From Eledone cirrhosa (lineage: Eukaryota), in contig OZ024746.1 in the NCBI GenBank assembly GCA_964016885.1, positions 16,616,001-16,680,000 of the forward strand: a stretch of DNA of 64,000 nucleotides, written 5' to 3'. Shown here piece after piece: positions 51,260 through 64,000 of the stretch. The translations under genes were made by a program, and so were the position numbers. Position 1 is the stretch's first letter; every line of letters begins with the position of its first letter. The notes beneath the pieces were generated by a model. That model was not told the DNA's origin, did no database searches, and was given only the letters and a program-made list of their open reading frames with translations.

Positions 51260-52400
51260 CAGGAGTAGTTTTGGCGAATTTCGGAAAGCATGAGGGTTTT
51301 AAAGGATGCAGTGTCTCGGCAGCTAACAACTGATGCAGGCAGTTTGTTCCATGCTTCAGCAACTCTAAGCGTGAAAAATGTTTCCAAAAGTCATGGGAGC
51401 TGTGCTGTTTTCTGATTTTGTAGGCATGTCAACGTGTGTTAGACACATGGAGATCAAAAAGGTGCTCAGGGTTGTTGTTGGCGAGATGGTTAATAACTTT
51501 GTGGGTGTTTACCAAGTCCATTGCCAGACGTCGGAGCTTCAATAAATCCATGCCCAGGGAAGCAAGGCGTTCAGAGTATGGTAGGTGTCTGATGGAGGGT
51601 ATGTGAACAGTTTCCAGGAGGTCAATGTTCTGAGCAAGATAGGGGTTCCAGACTGATTTTGCGAATTCCAAGTGTTGTTGTACCATAGCTGTATACAGCT
51701 TTAAATAGATGGCTGGAGAGCGGCTAACAAAGGTCTTGCTGAGTGATGCCAAGACACCCTCGGCCTTCTTGACAATCTTAGAGACATGCTTTGTTCAATG
51801 CAAATTGCTGCTAACAGTAATGCACAGGTCACGTTCACAAGAGGACTTCTTGATATCAGTGTTGTGGAGGGAGTATGTGGAGTATGTGGACGCTAGATTT
51901 TTCCTCCCAAAATGCATGGTGGTACACTTGTCCACAGCCAGCTTCAGTTGCCAGTCTGTGATCCATTGCTGCAGTGTGTCCAGGTCTGATTGTAGGAAAG
52001 AGTTGTAGATTGCAGAATCAGCCCTTTTGATTTCAAGGTACAGCTTGATGTCATCTGCATATTTCAGTACCGTGGCATTCTTTAAGTTGGCATCTATGTC
52101 ATTAATATATGCCACAAACAAAAGGGGACCAAGAACAGATCCCTGTGGTACACCAGATGACATCTCATATGGTGAAGAATGCTGTCCTAGAACTGTGACT
52201 ACCTCTTTTCGGCTGAGAATGAAGGATTTCAACCAGTTAAAAAGATCATCCCTCACATCCATTGCAGAGAGTTTCGCCATAAGTAATTTGTGTGGCACAG
52301 AATTAAAAGCCTTAGTGAAGTCAAGGTAAACAACATCCACCCATGAGTCGCTGTCAGTGATCCGGGTAATGTCTTCAATGAACTCGATAAGCTGATCACA
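51260..52400 (-). mobile_element. CR1-clade LINE 3' fragment in the last NME7 intron
   Basis: Motifs DVVYLDFTKAF, SGVPQGSVLGPLLF, KYADD, SVWNPY and YSERL...LRR. Confidence 0.9.
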
Positions 52401-53102
52401 GCAGCTGGAGTTAGGGATAAGTGAAGACTTACCTCATGAAGGAGATAAACCAGGATCTGCCACACTGCAGAAGATTTGCCTTTCCATGTAAGCGGGATGG
52501 AGAGGGTGGTCCCCTCTTGCCAGAAGGCTCCCAGCTCCACTCACCTTAATCCCAAAGAGTAGTGGAATATGTAGATATCACCCACCACCCTCTCTATATA
52601 TCTCAACCTTAGTCCTCCTCTCACTTACTCTTTTCTCCTTCCACATCTAACCCATGACAATGGAAACTCAGAGTGAACCTCGCCTTTCATCTTCCTTGCC
52701 CAACCTATGTCCTCCATTATACTCACCTTTCCTGTCTAAATGACAACACAGAAAGCTAAGCACATCCTACAATATAATACCAGACACCTTTCTTTTACTT
52801 TAAGGCTTCCTTAATGACCTGATGCTTCCTCTCCCATTTCCTTCACTCCCATGCCAGCCAAAGACAGTGAGAACCCTAGTGTTGTAATGTGAACTGGGTG
52901 TATTTTATCGTGCCACCATCTCTAGAGTGGTTGTCTGATAGGACTTAAGGGTTCCCTCTACTCTGCATCAGTTTTTGTTCAGTGGCTGCTCTCCTAGATG
53001 GGTTGCCTTCAATATGACTAATAGAGGCCCCGTCTACCCTGTGTTATACATAAATATTTATTAATTAATTGGAATTTTATAGTAGGTTTAAATAATACTT
53101 AC

Positions 53103-53210
53103 TTCTAAAGGCCCGTCTTCTGGTAGATCTGTACAGTGGATGGCATTTTTTATCTTATCAAGTCCAAACAAGGCCCGTAGAGATCGAGGTCGTAAATGTC
53201 TTGCGATTTC
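53103..53210 (-). CDS. NME7: NME7 coding exon 8
   Basis: Encodes EIARHLRPRSLRALFGLDKIKNAIHCTDLPEDGPLE; cag/gtaagt; carries the domain-B His. Confidence 0.95.
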
Positions 53211-54003
53211 CTGAAGAATGTCATAAATATTCAGAAACATTTTTAATCTATCTTATTTATTTTTAAACATTTTCTTGGCATTCGATTCAGCCTTTAACAA
53301 CAAGTAGTCTAGATTATTGTATTGTTTTTCCATGGTAGCATGAGTTGGATGGGTTGTTACACTCCAAGTCAGTAATTGGAGTTACTGTCATCCTAGACTG
53401 GTCGCGGGAACCATGTCTTGCCTAGATATATTCCATTTTGATATGGATACTATAGCTTGATACCTTTCCTAACACCAACCCATTTTGCTGAGTGTTCAAG
53501 TTGTTTGACTAATAGAACAGCCTGTTCAAGAAATTAACATTCTGCAGATACATGTATTCTTAATGTCATTCTCAGGGAGATCCAGATTGATACAGTATGT
53601 GACAAGGCTGGACCTTTAAATGATAGGTATAACTCATTTTTTTTCCATCATCATGGACTGGAACAATGCGAAATAAAGTGTTTTATTCTAGGACACAATG
53701 TGCTGCCTAGAACCAAACACCCTAACCATTAAGTCATAATTTCACCCCAAGAACGTATAAATGTTTTAATTTTGCAGGATCTTACCCAAGGTTGTATTAT
53801 TCATGAGACTGACTAAACTGAAGACTTGGGGCCTGTCAATTTTTTTGCTGTAATATGGTGAAAGATTGTCCTACCAGAAATGCCTGGCCTTGGGTTAATA
53901 TGGCCAAGATCTTTCCCCCTCATAGTAGAATATATATATATATATATATAAGATCTCAGAAAACTTTTTTTACAGAAGAGAACTAAAGTAACTTTAGACT
54001 TAC

Positions 54004-54239
54004 AGGGTCAGCAGGACCGGTCATTTCACGGAATGCCTGGGGAGCATCCTTTGCTCTGAGAGCAATGGCAATACAGGGTCCACTGGTCATTTGGGTGACC
54101 ATTGCTGGATATTCAGGGATCACTCCTTTGTAAATTTCCAAGAATTCTTCTGCACTGATTCGTTCCAAGTGGAACATCTGGATTGCAGTTACTTCAAACC
54201 TAGCTTCCATTATTGCAGTCACAATTTTAGGTGTCAGTC
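54004..54239 (-). CDS. NME7: NME7 coding exon 7
   Basis: Encodes LTPKIVTAIMEARFEV...EEFLEIYKGV...SGPCIA...FREMTGPADP; cag/gtaagt. Confidence 0.95.
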
Positions 54240-54474
54240 CTGAATAAAATTAAAAAAGAAAGTGATTCAATATTACATCATCACATCATTGTCATTTTAC
54301 ATCCATTTTTTATGTTCAAGCTGGAGTAGGTTGTTACAGACTGTCGGTCCTTAATTGGAACTACTGCCTCCATAGTTGGAACCACATCTCAGTACATTCC
54401 AGTTTTGGCAGGATATCTTTCCTCACATGACAATTTTAAAACTTTATTCACCTCTCTCTCTTTATATATATATA

Positions 54475-54762
54475 GTATCTAGAATAAGGACAGGATGGAA
54501 GAAGTTTAGGGAGCTGCTTCCTCTGTTAACAACAAAGGTTTTCTCCCTACGAACGAAAGATCGGTTGTGAGATGCGTGATGCTGCATGGTAGTGAGACAT
54601 GGGCAGCAACTGCAGAGGATATGCAAAAGCTGAAGAGAAATGAACGACCAAGCATGGATGAGTTCAGAGAGAAACTGTGTCCAAGTGGGATAAACTGTAG
54701 TGTGCAGGAGAGAAGACTGCATTGGTATGGCCATGTGATGCGCATGGAAGATGACTGCAACA
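54475..54762 (+). mobile_element. RTE LINE fragment
   Basis: Motifs GWKKFRELLPLL, MLHGSETW and RRLHWYGH. Confidence 0.85.
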
Positions 54763-54857
54763 GGTATAAATATCAAGGTAGGCACTCACTACTGAGAACA
54801 ACATGGGGTTTTAATTACACAACGGGTACAATTATCAAGGTCAAGGTATGAACTCAC

Positions 54858-55007
54858 CACTGAGAACAGCATGGGGTTTAATTACACAACAGGTGCAATC
54901 CTCTAGAACAACAGGATTCCTACGATTTATACTTGCTGAAGTTGGAAAGAAGAATTCCAGTTGCTGTGCTGCTTGTCCTGTTGATTTTGGTCCATAGCAG
55001 AGATTAC
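54858..55007 (-). CDS. NME7: NME7 coding exon 6
   Basis: Encodes NLCYGPKSTGQAAQQLEFFFP...CTCCVIKPHAVLS; cag/gtgagt; phase 1/1. Confidence 0.92.
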
Positions 55008-55348
55008 CTGGGGCAGAAGATAGAAAACCTACTTAGATATTGAAGTCATATCTAAAACATCAATTCTTAGAGACAATTGTATTATTTGTTTAATCAACAT
55101 CATTTATTAATTATTGAATTAATTAGAGAAGGATACTTTATTAATTTATTTTATATTGAAATTTGTTAACAGTAGAACTATCATTACTAAACATTGAACA
55201 CAGATATCTAATCACCATCACTATCATCCTTTTTATGTTTTTCCATATTTGCATCAGTTAGATGGGTCTATTCCCAGCACAGCTATTTTCCACACATTGA
55301 GTTCCTTTGTCATCTTCTCTGTAAAATTCCTCATTTTAAGATCCACCC

Positions 55349-55793
55349 TTAACCCTTTTGATAACCAAACTTCCCGAAACTGCCTCTAGTTCTATGATTA
55401 AAAACTGTTTATTTTAACCCTTTATCATTTAAACAGGCCATATTCGGCCAGAATTCTTTCACCTCTTTTTGTTCAAAAAGGCCAAAACCAGCCACTCATA
55501 TTGATGTTAAATAAATATCAAAACCTCGTAGATTCGATATTATGTAAGATAAAGCTTTTACCACAAAAATACAATAGTATACAGAGAGTAATGTACATGC
55601 TAAAGGGTTAAAGTGCATATATTTATCTAAAAATCTTCAATCATAATTTTATGTAAGAACCTTTGTGAAATTATGTCCCAAATACCAGAAAGTTAAATAT
55701 TAGTAAATCCCTTCAAATTCTTCATTATGTTCAAAATTATCTGAAAATCATAGGTAGAGTTTTTCATGAGAAATATAATAATAAAAGGGTTAA
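55349..55793. mobile_element. Nested TTAA-flanked (piggyBac-type) MITEs; inner element 55414-55611, sibling of the inner family at 56214-56410
   Basis: Outer TTAA-CCCTTTT...AAAAGGG-TTAA; inner TTAA-CCCTTTA.CAT...ATGCTAAAGGG-TTAA. Confidence 0.75.
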
Positions 55794-56624
55794 AATACTC
55801 AGCAACAATAAACATATGTTTATTAAACATAGACATATATAACTTTATTCTGAATTACACTGTGTTAGTGATGTCAGTAATATCAAGTTGAATGGTTCCT
55901 CTTGTCATATGACACACTGAAATCTACACCTACTCAGTGAATTCCTACCCTTTCTCATATAGCTCCTTCTCACATGCTGCATCGGGAAATGAACCGTGAG
56001 GCAGCACTCTTACCATGTCCTTCCCAACATGTACTTAAAATCATGTAAACCATTCTAGGAATCATTGAAGATTCTTCAAGATAATAACTTTGTTCTGAAG
56101 GAAAAGTGGCAAAGAATATGGTAAGAGTTCAAATTTGCCAACCAAGACCTCGTCCAGGACCCCACATCTGAACCAGCTAGCTTTTGACCTTCCCAGAAAG
56201 AAATGGGTGTCCCTTAACCCTTTAGCATTTAAGCCAGCCATTTCTGTTCTAACCGGCTGTAATTCATACCTATATTAAGGTAGTGTTCTCAAAATAAATA
56301 ACATCAAAATCTCATAGATTCGATATTACATGAGATAATTATGTAAGATAAAGCCTTTACTGCGAAAATATAATAGTAAATATAGAATAATGTAAATGCT
56401 AAAAGGTTAATCAGATCTGCACAACACATGGCAGGACAGCCCAGCATATGACTGGGGACCCTGACCAGATAGTGCTGCATGTTGTTTGAGATTGTCCCCT
56501 CAGACATTTTCCCAGCAATCCATAAAATTACAAATGACGCCTTGGTCTGGCTCTCAAATCTTGATCTGTCTCTCTAGTCATTGTACAAATGTCATACAAG
56601 AAGAAGTAGAATCGTGCCACATAC

Positions 56625-56761
56625 CTTCACCCAATTTGGCAGCATTTTCAACCTGCTTTGGAACTTGAGAACCCACTACCTTTAGCCAGGAACATACGGC
56701 ATTCTCTCCTAATAATTCCATCACCAATATTGGACCTGAACAAATACTCTCTATGAAGTTG
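56625..56761 (-). CDS. NME7: NME7 coding exon 5
   Basis: Encodes NFIESICSGPILVMELLGENAVCSWLKVVG...; cag/gtatgt. Confidence 0.88.
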
Positions 56762-57673
56762 CTGACAATTAATAAGGAATAAAATAAATTAATTCAATTA
56801 ATTGTTATTATTATTTTAAATATTCGTTAAATAACTTCAGACTTCAGGTATTGAATTGACAGTCATTAGAGTGTTAAATAAATTCATCATCATCATTGTG
56901 TGCCTCTTCTACATGCTGGAATGGGTTGGATAGGTTGTCATGGTCCAAGACAAGATATAGTTAAAGAACCATGACTTGCCCATATGGTCTATATTTTGGC
57001 ATGATTTCTATGGCTAAATGACCTTCCTGTCTGGAAGAATTTATTCTGGGTCTCTGCACTCTGATTTCAAGTCCTGCCAAGGTCAACTTCTCCTTTAATG
57101 CTTTCAGGTTTGATTAAAAGTAAAAGTACCAGTCCAGAGTAAGATAAGGAAAGGTAACCTCAAAATGGTATCTCCAAAGAGAGTGGACTCTGCTAAAGGC
57201 ACCTAAGAACCAGGTGATGGTGTTAAATTGGGTGACGGATTAAGTCTATAGGTCCAAGTAGACTACTGACTCTGCTAAAGAGATCAAAGAACCAAGTGGT
57301 GGTGTTAAACTGGGCGACAGATTAAGTCTGTAAACCAAGTAGGCCATGGAGTGTTTTGAACCCAGATCACAAAGAATACCACAAAATATCTCATCAGAAT
57401 GTCTAACAACTCTACCAACCTACCATTCTAGACTACTACTTTATTTGATCACACCTTCTCACCCTCCCAAAAGAGATGAAAGGCAAAGTTGACCTTCACA
57501 GGATCTGAACTTAGAGCACACAGAGCCAAAATTACTACTACCAGGTATTTTGTCTTGCATTCTAATCACTCTGCCAATTCACTACCTAAACTTAATTGCA
57601 CTAAATAAAGAAAAAATGATAATTATGAAGATGATAAATTGTTATATGAAAATAAATATTTCAATATACTTAC

Positions 57674-57835
57674 TTATAATACTGTTCATGCCTAAAATCA
57701 GCACAAAATTCCACAGCTTCCTTTTTTGTGAGCAAACACATTTTTAACTTTGTGATCTTTAAGCCATTCTTCTGAATAATATCAAATATTTCCCCCATAT
57801 TTGGAACAGCTTTGGCTTTCAGCAGGCCTAGAGTT
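57674..57835 (-). CDS. NME7: NME7 coding exon 4
   Basis: Encodes TLGLLKAKAVPNMGEIFDIIQKNGLKITKLKM...; cag/gtaagt. Confidence 0.93.
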
Positions 57836-58399
57836 CTGGTTGAAAACAAAAGAAGAAAATTTAGATGCTGTGTCATGAAAATTGTTTTACATATATAAAA
57901 CTCTGTAACATGTATCAAGCCATCTGAGACTATGTAGGATTGAGAGAATCCCTTTAGCCCAGCTGAAATACAAGACAACCTGTTTAGTGTTGGTGACACA
58001 ATAAAATGCACCAAGTACGCTCTGTAAAGTTGTAGCAAAAAAACAGAGACTATGTAGGATTGAGAGGACTCTTTAGTGGTGATGCCAGGATATAATGCCC
58101 CCAGTACACTCTGAAATATTAATATTTCAAAATAGATGCTAAGTCAATGACACATGAATTAGATCAGAACAATGCTTTTAATTTAAGCACAAGGCCAGCA
58201 ATTTAGGGGAAGGATAAAGTCAATTATATCACCCCCAGTACTTTACTGGCACTTATTTTATTTACCTCAAAGGGATGAAAGGCAAAGTGGACATCAGTAA
58301 GATTTGAACTCAGAATGTAAAGCACTGCCACAAATACAGAAGACATTAATTTAAACAGAAATATGGAAAAAGCTTTAAAAAAAACAACATAATGTTTAC

Positions 58400-58566
58400 T
58401 TTTGAGTTTGACTGGTCAATTCTTTTCTGGTAAACTCATCTCCAAAGTCCACAATATTTAGTTGTCTAGAGAAAATACTGATTACACTTCCAATATAAAG
58501 GTCTTCTACTTTGATATTTTCGCAAATGGTTCGCTTCAGGAAAATTCGATGTTTTTTATACTCATA
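58400..58566 (-). CDS. NME7: NME7 coding exon 3 (DM10 domain)
   Basis: Encodes YEYKKHRIFLKRT...EDLYIG...FSRQLNIVDFGDEFT; cag/gtaaac. Confidence 0.95.
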
Positions 58567-59518
58567 CTGCAAATATATATTTTTTAGAAGCCATATGTAC
58601 TTTTATGTATATAAACTGGTATATGTTTTAGATTAAATTGAAATAAAATCATTTCAAAATAATTAAATCAACACTAGACTATATTAACAATCAATTATTG
58701 GATGTTAAAAATATATTTAATCAAACATACAATAATAAAGTAGAGTGGAGTGAAAAAGACCCCATTAAAGAACAGAATTCTTGTGAAACTGTCAATATCA
58801 TACAACTGTGTACAAATATGTAATAATAAGATGTGTATTAATAGGTAACGACTGTACAATTTCTTGGAGAGCAGCCAAAAAGAAACATTTTGATACCTCA
58901 TTTGTGAAATCTGGATGAATATTTTAGGAAATATGACAATTTGAATGGTCAGCAAATTGGACGAAATCTTGCTTAATTAGGCCTAAATGAACGATTAGCC
59001 ATGTTAGCGTTATCATATCTTGAAAACTGAGGTGATAATCATCTTTAAATTACACATTAATAATTGTTTCTACTTTTGGCACAAGGCCAGCAATTATCCC
59101 AGTGTATTACTGGTACTTTATTTTATCGACCCCTTCAGGATGAAAGACAAAGTTAACCTCGGTGGGATTTGAACTCAGACTAGAAAGGGCCATAAATCTT
59201 TGCTGCAAAGCATGGCGTCCGACCCTCTACCAATCCACAGGTTCTTAAAAATGAAACTTTTGGGCATTTTTTTACATATTGTAAAGCCTGTAACAAACAG
59301 TCAATTTCACGATGCAAGCGCAAACTTTTCATGTTTTCAGACTTAGCTAAATCCCAAAGTACAAGCCACACAGACAGCAGGCGTAAAATGAGGATAAATG
59401 ATGATTCAAATTTGAAATTTCTCTCCAGCAATTTCTGGATTTCTGAAAAACATTAGTGGGATCATGTCTCAGACTTAGTAGTTCCACTGAAAACTTGAGG
59501 AGTTGTAATCTGACTTAC

Positions 59519-59629
59519 CATTTCTATAGTCTTGTCTTTAAGGTAGTAGAGAAACTGGTAGCGTCGTGTGAGTGCAGCAACAGCATCATACCAATCAACA
59601 ACAAAACAGTAACGCTTACCATCATCATC
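59519..59629 (-). CDS. NME7: NME7 coding exon 2 (DM10 domain)
   Basis: Encodes DDDGKRYCFVVDWYDAVAALTRRYQFLYYLKDKTIEM; cag/gtaagt. Confidence 0.95.
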
Positions 59630-60791
59630 CTGCACAACAGAAGAAATGTCTAAAAATGTGTAATATTTAAATAACATTAATAAGGGAAGGACAGGAGTTG
59701 GACCTAAGGATTGAGGAAAATACTCTGAGCATTTATTTGGTTAAAAAAATATGGAAGAATCTTAAAGGACATATCCATCTTGAAGTTGAGATACAACTAC
59801 TACTGTTGCTGCTCTTGCTACTACCGGCTCTGATGCCATTGCTGTTCCACTTAAACTGCTGTAAGTCAATGACTGCAGGAAAGACATATGACATATGTAA
59901 GGTGAGAATTCCAGAGTGACAACATTGTGGGGAAGAAGGATTGCACAGTGATTAGTGGTGGGTCTGAGGAGTTGGACATAACATGAGTGATGAGACAGGT
60001 GAATAGAGGGAACCTAAGATGAGGTAGCAAGAGTCCAGCCGGTTATATGAAGCAGAGACCATTGTAGTAGCAGTAGATAGGAGTCATCATGTCCGTGGAA
60101 CAGAGGCTGGTGTGTATCTCTGTGTAATAGGTTTTATGCCAAACATTTGAGTGGCTGTTCTCTGGATGTCATCCAGAATGTCTGTGACCATCCTGTCTTT
60201 TATTCAAGCAGACTGTTATACAATGTGCCTACATATTAAAAAACAGCGGGGTGTGATTTGAGAGAGATCTGGCTGTTATTTCTAACAGGTTGAGTGACTA
60301 CATAAATGTTCCCCACCCGCAGAAGAAGCCAAAATTTAGAAGAGGACCAGTACAGACCTGCCAACCTCAAATAAATAAAACCAAACGGGGGTACCACGAA
60401 AAAAAGTGCTGCCCCGAAACGGGGAGAAATGGGGTAAAATGGGGGGATTTTACATAATTTTTTCTACTTTAGGCACAAGGCCAGCAATTACCCAGTACAT
60501 TACTGGTACTTTATTTTATCGACCCCGTAAGGATGAAAGGCAAAGTTAACCTCGGCCGGATTTGAACTCAGATCATAAAGGGACGTAACTATGCTGGAAA
60601 GCATGTCCGACCCTCTACCGATACTGCCAATTCACCGCGAAAGCTATACATATTTTCACAATGGAAGACATCTCTCACCCACCCCAAAGTGGGTGGGAGA
60701 TCACCCCGTCGGACGGGGAGAGTTGACAGATCTGCAGTATAACTGTGTTGTTAAAAAGGATTCAGGTATGGTTGTCGTTTAAAAAACTCAC

Positions 60792-60794
60792 CAT
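60792..60794 (-). CDS. NME7: NME7 coding exon 1 (start codon only)
   Basis: caagcaATG|gtgagt; phase 0 fits exon 2; the spliced total is 1107 nt (368 aa plus stop). Confidence 0.75.
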
Positions 60795-60892
60795 TGCTTG
60801 TTATATAAATAAATATATGCTGCCGACATTTGTATTTATATAGTCAGCCTAATATATTAAAATTTAAAGAATATATATATATTAGTTCAAAT

Positions 60893-61367
60893 GTAAACAA
60901 AAAGTATATACATACATCAAATACGAACGAAATATATTTATATGCAGTTTCTGGTTTAAAATAAATTATCAATTGTTTGAATCACTTTATCGAAAATATG
61001 TTATGTTTAATAATCTTTATATTACAATAAGGCCGTATTGATCTATTTTAATTTCAAATGATTTATTAATTTGGCGGGGAAATAAATTGTGTTCTTTTTG
61101 TGTCGTTAACCGTCAAACTGTTGTCTGTGGTAACTACTGAAGTATGAAGAAATGTAAACATCAATAAAACACGTGAAATAATATATTATATAAATAACAT
61201 CAACTTACTGAGGAGCCCTTGTAATTAGAAGAACTTCCCAACAACATAATGTAAGTAGTTTCTTAATTCAACACCGACAATCTAAAGTTATGACACTCCT
61301 GCTTTATTTTTCTGTTAGTCGGAACAGTGTTGTTAGCAACGGTTGGGGAGTTTAACCGGTGTAAACA
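60893..61367. promoter_or_regulatory. Putative ciliary-gene promoter of NME7 (RFX X-box-like and forkhead motifs)
   Basis: GTTGTC-TGT-GGTAAC at 61120-61134, GTTGTT-AGCAAC at 61329-61340, and GTAAACA at 60893, 61154 and 61361. Confidence 0.55.
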
Positions 61368-61589
61368 CTTGAAGCTACCCCACCATTTAAAGTAACCTCG
61401 GTAATCTGAAATCGATTTCATATAAACCCGAACAGTGGAGGATCAGGGGGGGGCGGGGGGGGTGATTGGTCTGTAGTCAAGAACCACACAATATTTTAAA
61501 GGCACCAGATGAAATTTTCAGCCCGTGACCCCATGCAATCTTAATTCGCCCTTTCCGCTAAGATAGCCTGAAGGTGATTTCGAATTACC

Positions 61590-61950
61590 CATTCATCATC
61601 ATCATCATCATTTGATTATGTAGGATACAGTTAATCCCTAAGTAGGTGGGTCCTGCCTGACAACGCTCCTTAGTGTCCCACTCCATTGTGTTTCTGTCCG
61701 CCGGTCTCACTTGGGCCAATCTAAGCTTGATCCCGACGGACAACCTCCAAGTCCTTTTTGGTTCCTGGGCCTCTACAGCCTCCTGAATCGACATTTATCA
61801 TTTTGCTGATCCAGCTCTCACTGCGCTCGATATGGCCGCACCAGTGCATGCGTCTCGTGTGAAGCACATTCTCGAGGTCGTCAATCAGCAGTCTTTTCAG
61901 GAGCTCAGTTGAGCTGACATCATTCTCAGTGGTCGCACAGCACTTTCCAT
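61590..61950 (-). mobile_element. RTE-like LINE 3' fragment with (GAT)n tail
   Basis: Minus strand encodes TRRMHWCGH and PKRTW; (GAT)n terminus. Confidence 0.65.
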
Positions 61951-62623
61951 ATTACCTCCATCCCTTCCTCTTTGATTTTTGTATGAAATGAAATTTACAG
62001 CTCACACCTATGTATATTCAGCTGACCTCCTACGAAGTTGCATCTCATAGGAGGTTTCTCTGCTGTTTTAATAATAGAGTCCCTAGTCCTATCATAAAAT
62101 GCAACGTGATCGAACCCACTACCATATGATTATGAGTCCAAGACTCCTCACCACTGGACCATCCGCTGTTACTGGAATGATAAAATTTAGTGCTTATTTC
62201 ATGATACATTTCTTATATAAAACACGGGAGACATACAAGATTGAAAGCTGGTCAGGAAATATGACATTCTTATTGTGGCTTTTTGTTGTTTTGTTTCCCT
62301 TTTTTTAAACACTCTTGGGATTTATACGTTTTGAATATTTAGAATTGGCAAATATTTTGTCAGGTTCTGTCAATAATATGTCTCACCACAAAGCCAGCAA
62401 TTTGAGGGACGGGGAACGGAAAGTCGATTATATTAACCCCAGTACTTAACTTGTATTTATTTTATCGACCCCAGAAGGTTGAAAGGCAAATTGGAACTAG
62501 GTAGGATTTGAACTCAGAACTAAATGCCGCAATTTATCCGACGCTCTAAGGTTTCTTTATTCTATTATTACAATAAACATTATAAATATAGGGGTTACAA
62601 CATATGTGAGTCTGGATATAAAA

Positions 62624-62819
62624 ACGAGGGTAGGATGTAAGTTCATAGGCTGACTCTGGGAAAATGGTGCTAGGGCTGTGAAATCTTGCATGCATTAATT
62701 TCAACTCTTTTTATTAATAACTGCATTGTTTCCAGGAACCATGTTAAAAAATAAACCTCGTTTGGTCATTCCGTGAGAGTATCTTGATCAATCTACGAAC
62801 TTTTCAGCCGACCCTTGTA
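62624..62819. mobile_element. Mariner-type MITE
   Basis: Imperfect ~30-bp TIRs acgagggtaggatgtaagttcataggctga and tcaatctacgaacttttcagccgacccttgta. Confidence 0.7.
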
Positions 62820-63601
62820 CAATAGACAGATTAATTTGATAAAATGTGAGATAAGTGTAAACTTATTGTATAAGACACAAGCCACGAGGGCCGAAGGACG
62901 TTCGGGAATGATTTGAGGGGGCAATGTAAGAATCATAGGAGGGGTAAAATGAAATTACCCTCAGATTACTCCTGGGGTTGAGGAGTAATTTGAAATCGAT
63001 TTCAAGTTAATGTCGGGTGAATGAAACAAGGGTAATCTAAAATCGTTACACCGGAAGAATTTAGACCGGAAACAACATAAATTATTCTTCGCAGCAGACA
63101 ACGTGGGAGTTAGCTACGTGGTCGGTGGATCGCTGTCTTGCTAGAAATAGCAGTTAAAACTCGTTGGTGACGTGGTTTTGAGGGTGTTCTTTCATTTTAA
63201 GTAGACATCAATCGCCGTACATAATAAAATGAAAATTAATGGTACTCGATTGGTCTGTATGTGTAGATTTAGAATGATTTATTTGTAAGAAATAAATATT
63301 CATTAAACTATTTGATAATAATTGAGGATAATTTAAAAGAAAATTATTTAAACTGATTTCAGGGTATCCACGAAACTCAGAATAGCAATGTTTATGTATA
63401 CATATATATATATATATATATATATGTGCGGGCGCGCGCGTCACATGAAAACCCACTTTATGCTAGATTTATCTGAGAAATGGTAATTTGCCTTCCTACC
63501 TCTCACATACATTGTTGACAAGATGGTCAGTGGTAAAACACTATATGTATCTTTCTCTATGTCAACGTATCGACATAGCTATATAATTATATACATATAG
63601 T

Positions 63602-63654
<53 letters not shown>

Positions 63655-63744
63655 GGCTGACTGAATCTTCTCAATCTATCTTTGTATTTCATCTTTTATT
63701 TCTCATTATATCATTGTGTGTATATATATATATATATATATAAT

Positions 63745-63775
<31 letters not shown>

Positions 63776-64000
63776 ATACACACACACATATATATATACA
63801 CACACACACACACACAATTGGTGTCTATATTTATTAATATTAATATTTTAAAGTAATATATATATTTATATATATATATATACATACATGCAGAGAAGTA
63901 ATAGGTAGATAGATAAATATTTGTGTGCGCATATGTGTATGTATGTATACGATGTTACCCATCTGCACGGTATCTGACTGACACTATATCCATTCATTCA

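Overview
AT-rich, microsatellite-dense animal genomic DNA. The SINE, RTE and (TA)n/(CAT)n landscape suggests an octopus or other cephalopod; this is an inference from repeat content. Three host genes are supported. (1) The 5' part of an intron-containing GH20 beta-N-acetylhexosaminidase with chitobiase-like architecture lies on the minus strand, with exons at 5305-5683, 3180-3511 and 2060-2469 and a probable signal-peptide exon at 31263-31320; it runs off the left edge. (2) An intact single-exon GTF2IRD2-like hAT-transposase-derived ORF lies at 46723-48570 (+). (3) A complete 9-exon NME7 lies at 60794-50506 (-), 368 aa, with a first NDK domain lacking the catalytic His. The rest is mobile DNA: three Penelope-like elements, RTE/CR1/CRE LINE fragments, two Helitron families, mariner and TTAA MITEs, SINEs, satellites and a local tandem duplication. 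The most notable observations are about ten hammerhead-ribozyme-like motifs (one with an intact core at 30931-31005), several palindromes built on hammerhead halves, a structured ~450 bp element with hammerhead motifs on both strands, a 55-bp array of AG|GTGAGT (recursive-splice-like) sites stacked on a real splice acceptor, and an in-frame RTE/Penelope reverse-transcriptase chimera. All coordinates were read by eye, and no searches or folding programs were run.
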